This document shows positions 36,232 through 49,137 of a stretch of 64,000 bases of DNA, piece by piece (position 1 is the first letter of the stretch; every line of letters begins with the position of its first letter). The notes beneath the pieces were generated by a model. That model was not told the origin of the DNA, did no database searches, and saw only the letters and a program-made list of their open reading frames with translations. This DNA is from Paecilomyces variotii (taxonomy: Eukaryota). The translations under genes and the position numbers were made by a program. The stretch is taken from assembly GCA_004022145.1 (NCBI GenBank), contig RCNU01000013.1. One strand, given 5' to 3'.

Positions 36232-37771
36232 CTACAGCTAAACCCGTAAAAGTTCACCATTAGCATAATCAATCTTATCCACAACAACTATCATTATAGC
36301 CTGGACAGCAGCACTGGACATCTGCTCACCTGATCAGCACTCCCACTCTCAATAATCACCTTCACGACCGGAGCGCCCTTCTCATCCACCCCTTTCCCAG
36401 CCAAGGTAAAGGCTCTCTCGCCCCCTCCCTCCGCAGCCAATTGCACACGATGCGTGACCACCTTCTCCTCGACAATGCCGAACTTCCCACTCGCCATCAA
36501 CGCAATAGCAGCCGGGTATGCGTATCCGTCGTAGCGGAACACGCCGATGATATCGACCTCGCGCAACGCAGCCGCTCCCACAGGGAGCGTTTGCACAGGA
36601 TGACCCATTCCGATCTGCACGACAACTCCGCCTGCCGCGGCAGCATAGATCCCTCCTTGCACACATGCAGGCGCACCAGTGCAATCGTACACACGGCTAA
36701 ATCCCTGGGGAACACCATGCGTCTCCTTCAGCGTCTTTGCGAGAGATTGAGCATTTCCCAGCGCGTAAGCGACCTGCTCAGCGTGCGGAGCATCCACAGC
36801 CGGAGGCGGGGTTGACGAGCGTGTGATAAGGTGCGTTTTCAACCCAAGCTCAAGCGATTCCGCAATCTTGAGTCTCGAGGCATCGATATCCGCGACGATG
36901 ATCCTCGTGAAATTCTCCGACGTAGCCAACGCAGCAGCAAGAAGAAGACCAATCGCCCCAGCTCCGAAGACCAACGCCGCCGTCTCTTCACCTAGGGAAC
37001 TGGCAAGCTTCACGACCTCCTTACTAGGCGGATGCGACCTCCTGATCGCATGCAGACACACAGCCAGAGGCTCCAACAACGCACCACCAGCAAAAGACAC
37101 GGAATCAGGCAACTTATGACACATCTCAGCAGGATGATTCGTGAATTCCATCAACGTGCCATCGAAATGCGGATATACTTTCGCACTACTTCTGAACTTC
37201 ATGTCCGGGCAGATATTGTATCTGCCCTGTTTGCAGAGGGAGCATTTGCGGCACGGGATGCCGACTTCGAGAGCGACGCGGTCGCCGATCTCGAGACTCG
37301 TTACGTCTGGTCCGAGGGCTATGACAGTGCCGGAGGACTCGTGGCCCAGACACATAGGCTCGCGTACGACAAAGTCACCATTGCGGCCGTGGTTGTAGTA
37401 GTGGAGGTCTGAACCGCAGAGGCCTGTGGCGCGGATGGCGATTTGGACTTCGGAGCCGGTGGGTGAGGGGATCTCTCGAGACTCCTGGACGGGATGATTA
37501 GAATTTTCTTTTGTAGACGTATAGTAACAATATCCATCAAAGAAGAAGAAATGTAGTTATATGATATTTGAAGAAGCAACGGATAGGCACATCACATTGG
37601 TTGTTCGCGTGGGGAGTTTAGGATAACCATAGATCCCAAAATCGAGAAACAGAGGAACAGAACAGAGCAGAACAAAATATGGGGTATCCATACCAAGCGC
37701 AGATCCTTAGCACCATGAAGCACGAGCGCCTTTGAAGGCTTACTTCCTTGTACTGTCGTGGTGGATGCCAT
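36232..37771 (-). CDS. gluE: Zn-dependent polyol dehydrogenase (sorbitol DH family), probable L-idonate 5-dehydrogenase; introns 37485-37693 and 36238-36329 (retained form ends at 36294)
   Basis: LHGAKDLRL, GLCGSDLHYY, LGHESSG, CxxCxxC(7)C, EPLAV, GAGAIG, GVFRY. The gluE assignment is inferred from cluster context. Confidence 0.82.
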
Positions 37772-39192
37772 TGTTGGTAGTACTTCTTTCCTTTCCGTCT
37801 GTCTTGCACAATAAGTATTCGCTAGTGTTCCTTTTTCTTTTTGTCCTGTTCCTTTCCCCACGAAATAGATAAATAGATAATCAAGCAAGCAAGTGAGAGA
37901 AAGATGCTAACTAGCTAGCTAGCAAACAAGAACAAAGAAGGAAGAGCGAACGAATGCATAGGTATAGGTCCCGTTTGCTGCTCCACGATCAGGTGCTAAT
38001 TAGCTAGCATGAGTAAGTAACCAAGTAGGTAAGTAAAGTGATGTGATGTGGAAAACGAAGCACACGGATTGTGTCAGTGGAGCTCAATTTAGTTAGCAGT
38101 ACAGAGTAGTAATTTACAATCCATCTGAGCTATTTACTCTAGAAGAAGTCAAGCTCAGATAGGTAAGTAATTTACGCATCGGCAATTGAAACAGTAAGTA
38201 GTATAGGACAACGTGGGGGTGGCTAATCAGGTGGTTTTGTTACCCCGCAGTGAGCGATACACAAAAGTCTGTACTCTAGAATAATATATCCACCGTTGTA
38301 ATTATCAGGGATAACGAATAAATCCAGCAATGGGATTGTATGCTAGATGTAATATGTCATGATCATCTGGTTTCCGAGTTTTCTTTTCTTGCATTGGCAG
38401 GGATGTAAGTAATATGGAATTACTCTGTCGGCTATCGAAATCCGCGCGGAGTTGGACTTGGATCTGTCGGTATCTGTCGGTATCAGGTGTAATGAATGGG
38501 AGATGGTTAAACCTCTCGGAGTGTTTCCGGAAATATGTTGAATGTTACAGATGATAATACTCTAACTAATGATCAGCCGCTGGGTAAAATATATGGCTAA
38601 TGTAATTCCCGTCTGGTAACTGTTGTTCCGCAGATTTGCTGGTCGACGGGGATTGTCGGTAACAATTGCAGTGTTGATATTGTGGTTGCAAGTGAGAGAT
38701 CAAGACAATAATTAAAAAGAGATGAATGTAGAGGACGTGCTTGAGAGGTTTTGAAAAATAAAAACTCCGTAAAGTAGTTAGATCAGATCCGGGGCAAAGT
38801 ACGCCGTCCATCTAATTATTACCCCACGCAACCGTCCGCCACTCATAGTGGATATTCGAAGCTGTCCTCAACGATCTCACCAACCGTCCGGGAATTGGAC
38901 GAGGTCTTCACGAGAAAGGCGGACTTGATGCGACACTAGAGAGTGAGGATTGCGAGGCCAGGCATGGATAAACTCGTGGAGGACGCGATTCCCCGTCCAT
39001 ACCCTGCGCTATCTTTTATTGCTCTCTCTTTGAATACAACTTGATCTTTGTTTTCTCCTTCAATATCTCCCTCTCTCTCTTTGCTTCACAATCTTCCTCT
39101 ATCCCTGGGTCGTGGCGGTAGATAGCTCACCCGTCCTTTGAAATCCTCTGTCTGGACTCCCCGCGTGACATCATTTCGAATATTCTTTCACG

Positions 39193-40603
39193 ATGTCGTC
39201 CCGAGCAGCCCTCCTCATCGGAAAGATCACCCACGCCCGGAAGGAGTGGGAGGCTCTCTCCTCGACCCTGACTCTCAAGGTGAGGTCGCCAGAATGCAGT
39301 CGAGAAACTAAGGAACATGCTGACCCAAAGGAACAGGAATACCCTGATGGGAACCGGGATGACTTTATCAAGAACTGCCAGAGCGGACAGTACGACGATG
39401 TCGTTGCCATCTACAGATCCAATGCCTCAAACAAGGTCTGAATAGTCGAGAACATGGAACTCCAGGAGGGCTAACAGCAGGCGGAAGGTAACGGGGCCCT
39501 TTGATGCGGAGCTCCTATCGGTTCTGCCAAAATCTCTCAAGTACATCTGCCATAACGGAGCTGGTTACGACAATATCGACATTGCTGCGTGCTCGCAGAA
39601 AGGTGAGGCATTGAGGCTTTTTTGTTTTGTTTTGTTTTTTGTCTATAGATTTCTTCGCAGTCTGCGGTCTACAAACCGGAGATGCTGGGGCGGCCAACCA
39701 GGAACTCATACTAATCGCTGTCCTGTCCCCCAGGTATCTCGGTTTCAAGCACTCCCGTGGCGGTCAACAACGCGACAGCAGATGTCGGCATCTTCCTCCT
39801 GATCGGTGCCTTGCGCCATGCTTATGTTCCTCTTTCCGCAATCAGAGAAGGTGGGTGTCTTTAACAGCAGTAGTCCACCCCAGACAACCAATACCTGACA
39901 TGCGATGGACAGGTAAATGGCAAGGACAGACCACCCTCGGCCATGATCCTCAGGGCAAGGTTCTGGGGATCCTGGGTATGGGCGGCATTGGTCGGGTAAG
40001 ATCTTATCATGCAACGAATATTGCGACAAGCGTTACTGACAGATAATACTAGGAAATGGCCCACCGTGCAAAAGCCTTTGGCATGAAGATCCAGTACCAC
40101 AACCGCTCACGGCTTTCTCCCGAACTAGAGGGAGGCGCTACGTACGTGTCCTTCGATGACCTACTGGCCACTTCCGATGTCCTCAGTTTGAACCTCGCCC
40201 TCAATGAGTCGACGCGCCATATCATTGGTGCCAAGGAGTTCCAGAAGATGAAGGAAGGCATTGTTATCGTGAACACTGCACGTGGCGCGCTCATTGACGA
40301 GAAGGCACTTGTCCAGGCACTTGAATCTGGAAAGGTATGACTCGTCAAATCTTGGATGTGACAAAGGTTGAATCTATGCTAAGCGTCGCATAGGTCAGCT
40401 CCGCAGGCTTGGACGTGTACGAGAACGAGCCCGAGGTCGAAGAGGGACTCCTGAAGAACCCGAAGGTCTTCTTGCTCCCTCACATCGGAACGATGACATA
40501 TGAAACTCAGAAGGACATGGAACTGCTCGTGCTGAACAACCTGCGCTCCGCGGTGGAGAAAGGAGAATTGATCACCCAGGTGCCGGAGCAGAAGAGTAGG
40601 TAA
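39193..40603 (+). CDS. gluD: D-isomer-specific 2-hydroxyacid dehydrogenase, probable 2-keto-L-gulonate reductase, multi-exon
   Basis: HNGAGYDNID, TADVGIFL, GILGMGGIG, YHNRSR, VNTARG, GLDVYENEP, LPHIGT. The gluD assignment is inferred from its divergent position next to the gluE-like gene. Confidence 0.8.
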
Positions 40604-41010
40604 CAAGAAGCTCAGCAATGAGGCAAATGGCAATTGAAATTTAAGAGATTTTCGGTGAAGGGGACGTGATGCTGGAGTATCTGGGGTCTTCATATTTCCC
40701 TGCAGTTATTTAGCATTATATTCGCGGGCTAGTTAGACCACCTAGATAGCAAATATGATTTCCCTTCCCATTCTAGGCGGACGGGGTGCTGCTTTATGCT
40801 CAGCGTTGTTCACGGAATACTGTTGATTATGGTGTACTAGCGGACTACTTTCCCATTTCGGCAGTCTGACTGCCAGGACTCACAGATTTGGAAACGGCCT
40901 TTGTTATTAATAGCTTCGGGTCGACAAAAGTACTTTGTAGGACAGAAAGATTCCTTGTAACTGAGATTCTCTACTATGATTTCTCTTTTAGTTGCGGAGC
41001 AGCAAGCGTA

Positions 41011-41368
41011 TTATCATACTCTTGAGTGACCACATCCATAACTAAACCCGGCTTCCTGAAGCGACCGGTGCAGCAGTTCGGTTGGTTCCGGTCTTAGTCC
41101 CATCATTGATAAGCTGCCGAGCATAGTTAATTTGAAGCTTCTTAGAAAGTTGCGGGTATCTATAATTCTTCTCAACGAAGTGAACGGTAGTTACTTACTT
41201 ACCTCCAGATGTCTACATTCCACGTGACCGGGGACACTTTCCTAAGACTATGAATTGGTGTGTGCTGATAATCAATCATTAACGAGGGGCGATTATGATT
41301 TTCTTATCTAGTTGGGTCTGTTTTAGCGTACGCAAAGGGCGATATTACACCGGTATGGTGAGAGATAA
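41011..41368. promoter_or_regulatory. Cluster of AreA-type HGATAR motifs upstream of the dioxygenase
   Basis: TTATCA 41011, TGATAA 41107 and 41266, TTATCT 41304, AGATAA 41363. Confidence 0.5.
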
Positions 41369-41476
41369 GAAGAATGACTGATATACTACGTAGGTATCTT
41401 GCTGCATCGCAATTTGATATAAGGAAGACGACGAGTCTCATTATTTATTTGGTTTTTGTGGACAGGAACTATCATC

Positions 41477-42541
41477 ATGCCTTCAGCCATTGCCCCTGCA
41501 AGTCTTCGTCGTGTTGATTTTAACGACCTTGACAAGGTCATCTCTACAATTGAACAGGACGGTGGTGTGATCCTGACTGGATTCACGACTCCCGAAGTGG
41601 TCGCGCAAGTCAACTCGGAGGTTGAGCCTTACTTGAATAACGACAAGCCTTGGAAGGTTAGTTAGTATATGCCAAATTGCCGAAACTTCCTCTTTTCCTA
41701 GCTCACCATGTCGACGGCAACAGGGCAAGCTTTTCCCTCCAGAGACCCGCCGTTGCACACGACTGTTAGGCCGCAGCAATACAGCTCGTCGCGAATGGGT
41801 CGGCAGCGATAGACTATTCGATATCCTAAACCATTTCCTGTCCAAAACCACTACTATTTTCTACGATGATGTACCAACCACGCACACAACCCTTCCCATC
41901 TTGTCCACAGCGGCCACGATTGATGTCAGACCAGGAGCCATTGGCCAACGCATCCATCGAGACGACAAGGTTCATCATGTTGACCATGAGGACATGACCA
42001 GCACTGGCTATAAGCTGGGTTCGGACGTTAGTATGTCGCTTTTGGTCCCTGGTGTCGAATCTACAGAGGAGAACGGTGCCACATTGGTAAGTTGACAAGC
42101 GGAGCTTTTCCTTTCACCGCGCCCCCAAAAACACCAAACAGGACTAATTAGAAACAAAATCAGGTCTTACCTGGCTCCCACCTTTGGGGAGACAAGCGTG
42201 CTCCTCGCCGAGAAGAAGCCTCCCGGGCGACCATGGTCCCAGGCGAAGCGCTTCTGTTCCTAGGCTCCATGTATCACGCTGGCGGCGCTAATCAGAGCAC
42301 CAGCACCAACCGTCCAGTGCACGGCTTGTTCTTCTGTCGCGGTACGCACCGTGCAGAGGAGAACTTCTACCTCGAATTTCCCACGGAGGAGGTTCGCTCG
42401 TGGACGGAGAAGGAGCAAATTCGTACTGGGTACAATATCTCGTCTCCGAATCTGGGCTTTATCGACTTCGTCAGTCCTATGCATATTATCAATGGTAGAT
42501 GGAAGCCCGACGAGGCTCAATACTATGAGGATTTGGATTAA
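41477..42541 (+). CDS. PhyH-family 2-oxoglutarate/Fe(II) dioxygenase; introns 41657-41723 and 42087-42163
   Basis: DGGVIL, QRIHRDD (HxD), ENGAT.VLPGSH, GSMYHAGGAN (distal His), downstream Arg, EENFYL. Confidence 0.9.
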
Positions 42542-43359
42542 GCATGAGAGAGACATTGTATGTATGTACATACGTCACTCTTCAAGATGGACATGAGATT
42601 AACAGCACAATATCTATATATCCGAAAACTGTATGTCGCTGTTTCATTCTTGCAGTAGTCCTTCGACTAGTAGTTCTGTAGGATGATGGCCGTACCATAG
42701 ATCGGAAACAGTAAACATCACATACTTAATGAGTGCTCACATTTACATCTCTTATATCTGTAAGCCACAGAGGCAAGACAAAAATCAAGCTTTTTATATT
42801 ACAGGTTTGATTTATCATCCGTATTTACTGGAAGCAATACCAAGTTGGTGGATGCTGTAAGGAAATATGCGCAGAACTGGAAAACACCTGTACTTAATGC
42901 CCGTGTTTCCAAATAGCTGAGCCGAAGAAACAACGCACTAATTAGGTAGCTCACTAACATCGTGGTTGATAATAAAAAGAAACCTAGCATCATACGGAGT
43001 GATCCGATGTGCCCAGTCCAGGTGAAGGAATCTGATCGAATTAGAGTAACCTTATTGGACAATTCTTTCTGAATCCTTATCTTTTGGAATTCCTCTAGAC
43101 ATTTGCCTTCGATTGCAAGCAAACGCGTGCCTGGTCCGCTCCCCATTTTACAAGATTGGCAAGCAGAACCGGCGATAGAAGCAGAAAGCCTACTTAGTCG
43201 CTTGTGTGATGGAGCACCAATCACATATATAATGAATGATGAGTGTCCGATACGGTTGGGATTACTCTGAGACTGTTTTGTACCATTCAATACACTGCGC
43301 TGACATTGATTTTGTTTCTATTTCCGAGTTACTGGGAACATACTACCACAATCATCGAA

Positions 43360-44374
43360 ATGAGCACCACGACGACGACGGCGACACCAACTTTGACTAC
43401 TCAGTCCAAGAAGAGGGCTGGTTTGGTTGAAGATGCCAAACTTTTACAACATCCCGTTGAAAAGACCGGCATTGCAGCAATATCACAAGGCATGATGCTC
43501 CCAGGCATCCCATCATTTACAGACATGGACAAGAAACGGCGTTGGATGCTTGAGCACATGGCAGGAGCCTTCCGGATATTTTCTCGCAAGGGATTTACAG
43601 AGGGCATGAGCGGCCACATCTCGCTTCGAGATCCCGAACATAGCAACCTCTTCTGGACCAACCCGTGAGTTTCTCCTCCAGCATTGGAGGTTCACTGAAT
43701 TAACTTATCCCAGGCTTGGTATCCATTTCGGCCTCATCAAGGCTTCAGACATGATTCTGTTAAACCATGACGGCGAGGTAGTAGGCGGCAACAGATCTCG
43801 GCCCGCAAACGCGGCTGGTTTTCAGATTCACAGCGCACTACACAAGAGATACACGCACGTAAATGCCGCTTGTCATGCTCATACAGTTAATGGCAAGGCG
43901 TGGTCTGCATTCGCAAGGCCGCTCGAGATGATTAACCAGGACGTCACCATGTTTTACGGGGATGCCCAAGCGGTGTATAAGGATTTCGGGGGTGTAGTCT
44001 TGACTCCAGAAGAAGGACGACGATTAGGAACTGCTCTCGGCCCCCGAGGGAAACTGCTTATTCTTCGCAACCATGGTCTCCTCACTGTGGGCCACACCGT
44101 CGACGAGGCTGCCTACCTCTACACTCTGGCAGAGCGGAGCTGTGAGATTCAGCTCAAGGTGGAGAATGCAGCCGCTGCTGGGAGTCCAAGAGTCTTGATT
44201 GATCGGGATGCCGCCGAGTTTACGTTCAAAATGACAACTGACCCTGTAGGGATTCCTTTCCCCCATTCCCGAAAAAGTTCAAGCTAACAGTGCCTCTAGG
44301 AGGCAGTTTATTGCGAGTTTCAGCCAGACTATGAGTATGAACTAGCTGTCTCTGGGGGCGACTTTCTTCAATGA
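43360..44374 (+). CDS. Class II aldolase/adducin-family protein, 3 exons
   Basis: EGMSGHISLRDPE, FWTNP, AAGFQIHS, ACHAHT, ILRNHGLLTVG metal-binding motifs. Confidence 0.92.
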
Positions 44375-44528
44375 ACATTTCGATTGGAGGATGAGAGCAA
44401 GCAGAAAAGAAATGCTGTCCCTCGCCCTTTTCAGAGTATATTAGCTTCATTGTTGTATAAAGCTTATGTGTTAATTATGGATATACCTTTGGGCCATTGA
44501 ATGATGTAATTCACTAAGGCTCTGTAAC

Positions 44529-46705
44529 TCAGATAAAATATAGTGGCGACTTTTGCTCGATCAGCTCAGGCCAGCTCACATTAGCCGCACTTGCCTCTTG
44601 TCTTCTGGTCCAGATTTGCTGTGCAATCTGATGAGCGACGTGGAATGTCTTGATCCCACTCCGTTTGGCACAGGTGCTAAACCAGGCCGAGAACTTTTCC
44701 TGGGTTGCCTGATCTAGTGCTTCGCACGCAACTATAAAGCCTGTCCATGCGAAAGGGGCCGCACACTCTCTTGCGTCCTCTTTGAGTTGTTCCCACTCAA
44801 GCAAGTACTCGAGCGCTTCCGCAACACGGTCTTGTAGTATAAATGGATCAATATCGTGAATTATGCGATAGAAGTAAATAATCAGTGCCTGGTGCATCGC
44901 ATGAAGCATACAATCGACCAGTCGGTGATTTAAAGCTCCCAATGCATCGGATATAGAGGTATTATTGGGTTCAGGATAGCCGGGCACTGTCGGTTCCCAA
45001 CTGCAGACGCATTTCTCCAGGATCTTGGCCCGGAATAGATATTGTTTCCATGTCAGTTTACTATCGTTGGGAGTTCGTTGTAGGGTGATCCTCTCATTTG
45101 CGAGTCTCAATGTCTCGGATAGCATCACCAGGAAAGACTCAGGAAGGCCGTACATAGACGGGTATAACGTCGAATCCCATCGACCAGGAACGGCTAGGAG
45201 AAGATCGTTTTCTCCAAGGTCAGATTCCTTATTCATCAGAAGCCTTTGGTCCAATCGACCATCCCATTTCTGAACTCGTAAAGGAGACTTGTCTACGCAT
45301 CGCTCTGACGGTTGTGAAGACTCAATCTCTTGCTCAGCGGAAGCAAAAACCGTCGTCTCGTGCATCACTCGCATGTAAGCATAGCAGTGGTGCAAGAGTC
45401 TGACTTTGCGAGACTTGTGTCGCTTTGGGAGTCCTCGCTGACGAATGAGTTTCTCAGCATCAAGGAGGTAGCACCTAGTGTGCTTCCAGAGACCGCTAAA
45501 TATCTATACATATATGATTAATGATTAGTCCTTGACTGTATTCCGGCCCAGAACCAAAGCTTCTAGGTGGTCCTTACGGAAGCGGTTGTCATGGATAGCA
45601 GAGTCATCAGTATCTCCTTATATTTTGCTTTTTTTGGTGGGGACTTTTGGGCTTCGTCTTTCAATGCCAGCTTCAGACTCTGCTGGGCAATGCTGAAGTA
45701 ACGTTCTGATCTGTTATTCCAATATTGGTTTGCAGCTGCGAATACAGTGTTTCCCAAATGGGATGCACTGGTAGCAAGGATAGCACTGAAAATGCAAAAG
45801 CTAGCATTGTTAGGAGATTTACCCAGAGTTAGAGTAGCAAGAGTATTCATGGCACTCGGAAGAAACATGGTTTGCCACGGACTTTTTCTATACTGCAGTG
45901 GCGACAAGAAGTTGATGACGACATCGCGGTAGTGGGACAGTAGGAACGTAGCATCGGGAGGCACAAGACTGATAGAGGACATAGGTAATGACGGCGTAAA
46001 CGCCTCGTTCGGCCAGATATCCCCATTCCCAAGATCGATTTCGGATGTAAGCATCGCCTGATCAGCTTGATGGTCGCATAATAGGTCTAATGGGGAAGAC
46101 AATTCCTCGTAAGAGAAGTCCTTATCACTCTCGAGATCAACGCCATCTCCGAGAAACTCATTACGGTCCAAGAAAACAGCTGTCTCTATGATTTGCGCCG
46201 CAAAGGGATCAATTGGGGCAACCGGGGTCATTGAGCTTGAGGGTGTGTCAGAGGAAGCCGGGTCAACCGCATGAGACGCCGAGTTTTCCAGACTGAAGAC
46301 ACCGAATGGTCCTTGAACGATGTCGATATCTCGTGGAGCTGGCTCGTCGCGTTCGAATCCTTCAAAGTCCAACAGCGAGAGGATTTCGTTAACAGTCCGC
46401 GGGCAAGACAGAATGAGTTGCTCGCTCATCGATTGCCGCCCCAGCTCGGTGTAGAGGGGTCGGCGAAAAAGAGGGCCATTGTGCGCAGTATCCTTGATGC
46501 AGTCGGCAGTGGATTCGCAGCCCTCGAAGATGAAGGAAATGCGGGCGTCATAGCCAGCACATTCCAGACCAAGACGTTCACAAACTTGACAGCGAGGCCG
46601 CGTCTCGTCACACTTGTTGTGTCGCTCGCGACAGGTGGAGCATCCTCCCATAGACCGACTGCGTTGCGCTGCGGCTGTCCCTCTTCTTCTGGTAACTGAA
46701 GTCAT
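44529..46705 (-). CDS. Zn(II)2Cys6 transcription factor, Arg81/ArcA-like; one intron ~45504-45576
   Basis: GCSTCRERHNKCDETRPRCQVCERLGLEC; KSPWQ, KYKEILM, LIRQRGLPKRHKSRKVRLLHH, MYGLPESF, ALIIYFYR. Confidence 0.9.
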
Positions 46706-47039
46706 CTCGTGGCTGTGTCTCTTTCAATAGGGAATCCTTGCCTCATGGATTCTATCAAGTATTATTATCCAAGGTAAAAGATGCCTCTCTGGATATTGAC
46801 TGGATTGTTAAAAATCCTAAGGAGCAGAATATCCCGTGCGACAGTTGGGTGAGTGCTCTAGAGAGCCGATATCTTTAGATAGGAGATAAAGTAAAGAGGC
46901 AAGTCATCCCGGAACCGCGATAACCATGGAGCAGCCGGCTTTTCTTCATATTGTTTTCCATCTTAAATTACTCGACGATAGCGAGGGAAAATGATCGAAA
47001 GTGAATCCGGATTTAAGAAAAGAGAAAATATGAAAAGAA

Positions 47040-48220
47040 ATGGCTGACAAAGCGAATGTTCTTCTTGTTGGCTGTGGTGGTATAGGCACCATTTCGGCGC
47101 TGAATCTGGAGATTGGCGGACGAGCTACAGTGACTGCCGTGCTGCGGTCCAACTACGATGCCGTACAGGCCAAGGGATTCCACATTCGATCTGTTGATCA
47201 CGGATTGATTGAGAACTTTCGCCCAACCGCAAGTATGCTCACATGGCAACCCGAAATCATCTGCTCGTTACATGTTATCGCTGACTTCATATGCAGTTAG
47301 AAACACAGTGCCCGACATCAAGCAGGAGGGAACTACACCATTCAAGTACATCGTGTGTACGACAAAGAATGTGCCCGATGTACAACCGACGTTGGTGGAT
47401 ATCATTCGTCCAGCCGTCACTCCTGGCTATTCCAACATTGTGCTCATTCAAAATGGTCTTAACATCGAGCGGCCCGTTATCAAAGCGTACCCTGAGAATG
47501 TTGTATTGTCTGGTGTGAGTTTCTGTGGCTCCCACGAGATCTCGCCGGGCGAAATAGTCCACGAAGATGACGACGAACTATATATTGGTGCTTTTCGCAA
47601 CCCATCTCTAGATGCCACGGCCGAGGATGCCGCAGCACAAGACTTCGTGGCTAGATACGGCGCTGGTGGGAAATGTAAGCCGGAATACAGCCCACACGTG
47701 GGCTTCACGAGATGGCGCAAGCTGATGTATAACGCCTGTCTCAACTCGATCTGTGCGGCTACAGGCCTTGATACTGGAAGGCTCCAACTCGCTGATGGCG
47801 CTTTGGATGGCCTGGTTCGGCCAGCCATGGAAGAGATCCGGACCGCGGCCAAAGCTTGTGGCCACGATCTGCCTGCTGAGCTGGTGGAGCTCATGATTCG
47901 TCTCGATCCCATTCCCATGTACAATCCACCCAGTATGCTGGTGGATATCAGAAAAGTAAGTTCTAGCTTTGAGATGCTAAGTCGGCAAATATAAAGATGT
48001 AATAACTGATTCTGCACAGCGTCGATATTGCGAGTTCGAGGTTATTGTCGGTGAGCCCCTAAAAGAAGGTGCCGCCAGGGGTGTCCCGATGCCGACGCTC
48101 AGGGTCATATACAACATTTTGAAGGCATTTCAGTGGAAACTCAAGGAAGAGAGAGGTCTAGTCGAAATCCCCGCCCCCAAGGACTTCACGAACACGGCAA
48201 ATGGAACGGTAACTGAGTAG
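47040..48220 (+). CDS. Ketopantoate reductase (ApbA/PanE)-family oxidoreductase, 3 exons
   Basis: LVGCGGIG, LRSNY, CTTKN, IQNGLN, RWRKLMYNA, PSMLVD, EFEVIVGEP. Confidence 0.9.
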
Positions 48221-48544
48221 TAGATATAACCAAACGGCAATATGAAATCTTATGTACCAAAAACCCTAACTAGCTGATCAGGAAAAGTTTTGGAATGCAT
48301 CATGTTGCCAAGGATAAATTGAATAATTCGCATCATTTTAGAATCGGGGTGATCTATGAGCCGTGAGTAGGTAGGTGTATAGATAAGCGACTCTGTCGCT
48401 GAGTACGAAGCACTGGAAGCATTTCAAGCCCAAGTTGGTCTGGGGTTATAAATGAACTTTTTATTGGATTTCTTGTGGATACTACCAAAAGGCACAGTGT
48501 TTGACATATATGGTTGCCGTATGTTGCCCAAACCCGCCGTTTTC

Positions 48545-48930
48545 GGCTATAGGTAACCATCAATACCATATTTGCTACCCTCGCCAGATCCCTTGATCTT
48601 CCTAGCCACTACAGCAGCCGCGGTTATTTCCAGCTCCGCGTCATGAAACTGAAGACGGAGCTCCTTAGAAGTATCACTACATTGATTAATCATGATCTTG
48701 CCCACTCGTGTGGAGCCTGTAAACGTTCTCTTCCAAAACCGATTCGGACTCGAACAACAACTTGCCGATCTTGGATGTGTTCTGAAGTGCAGTCAATATA
48801 CATGACTACATCTGCAAGCACTCCTGTGCACTTTCCAATTACGGTTAAGGCATTTGCTGAACAGTTGTGCTGCCTCAGGGAGTTCGTCTGGCTAGCCTGG
48901 AGGCTTCAGGATCTGTATCCTACAGCAAAC
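48545..48930 (-). pseudogene. Heavily deleted aldehyde dehydrogenase (SSADH-like) pseudogene (not in ORF track)
   Basis: Manual translation: SANALTVIGKCTGV, NTSKIGKLLFES, FTGSTRVGKIMINQCSDTSKEL, FHDAELEITAAAVVA, IKGSGEGSKYGIDGYL*, in collinear order. Confidence 0.82.
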
Positions 48931-49137
48931 CCAGCGTCAATCGACAACTGAAATACAATGTGGTTGGAATAACGTTAAGATTTGATGTTAACATCAAGTT
49001 TACAGATAAATAGAAATCAGTTGAACTAGTTCAAGATGTAAAAATAGAGTCTTACAAATTCTAAACCCTATGCCCGGTTGTAGATCTAGAACTGGAATGA
49101 CAGTAAATATCTAAATCTGATATGCCGCCCGAGCATA

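Noticed and set aside
40590-40740. Cryptic PTS1 for the gluD-like gene (ends ...KSR*)
   Set aside because: Neither readthrough nor the nearby donor/acceptor combinations I tried yield a PTS1 tripeptide.
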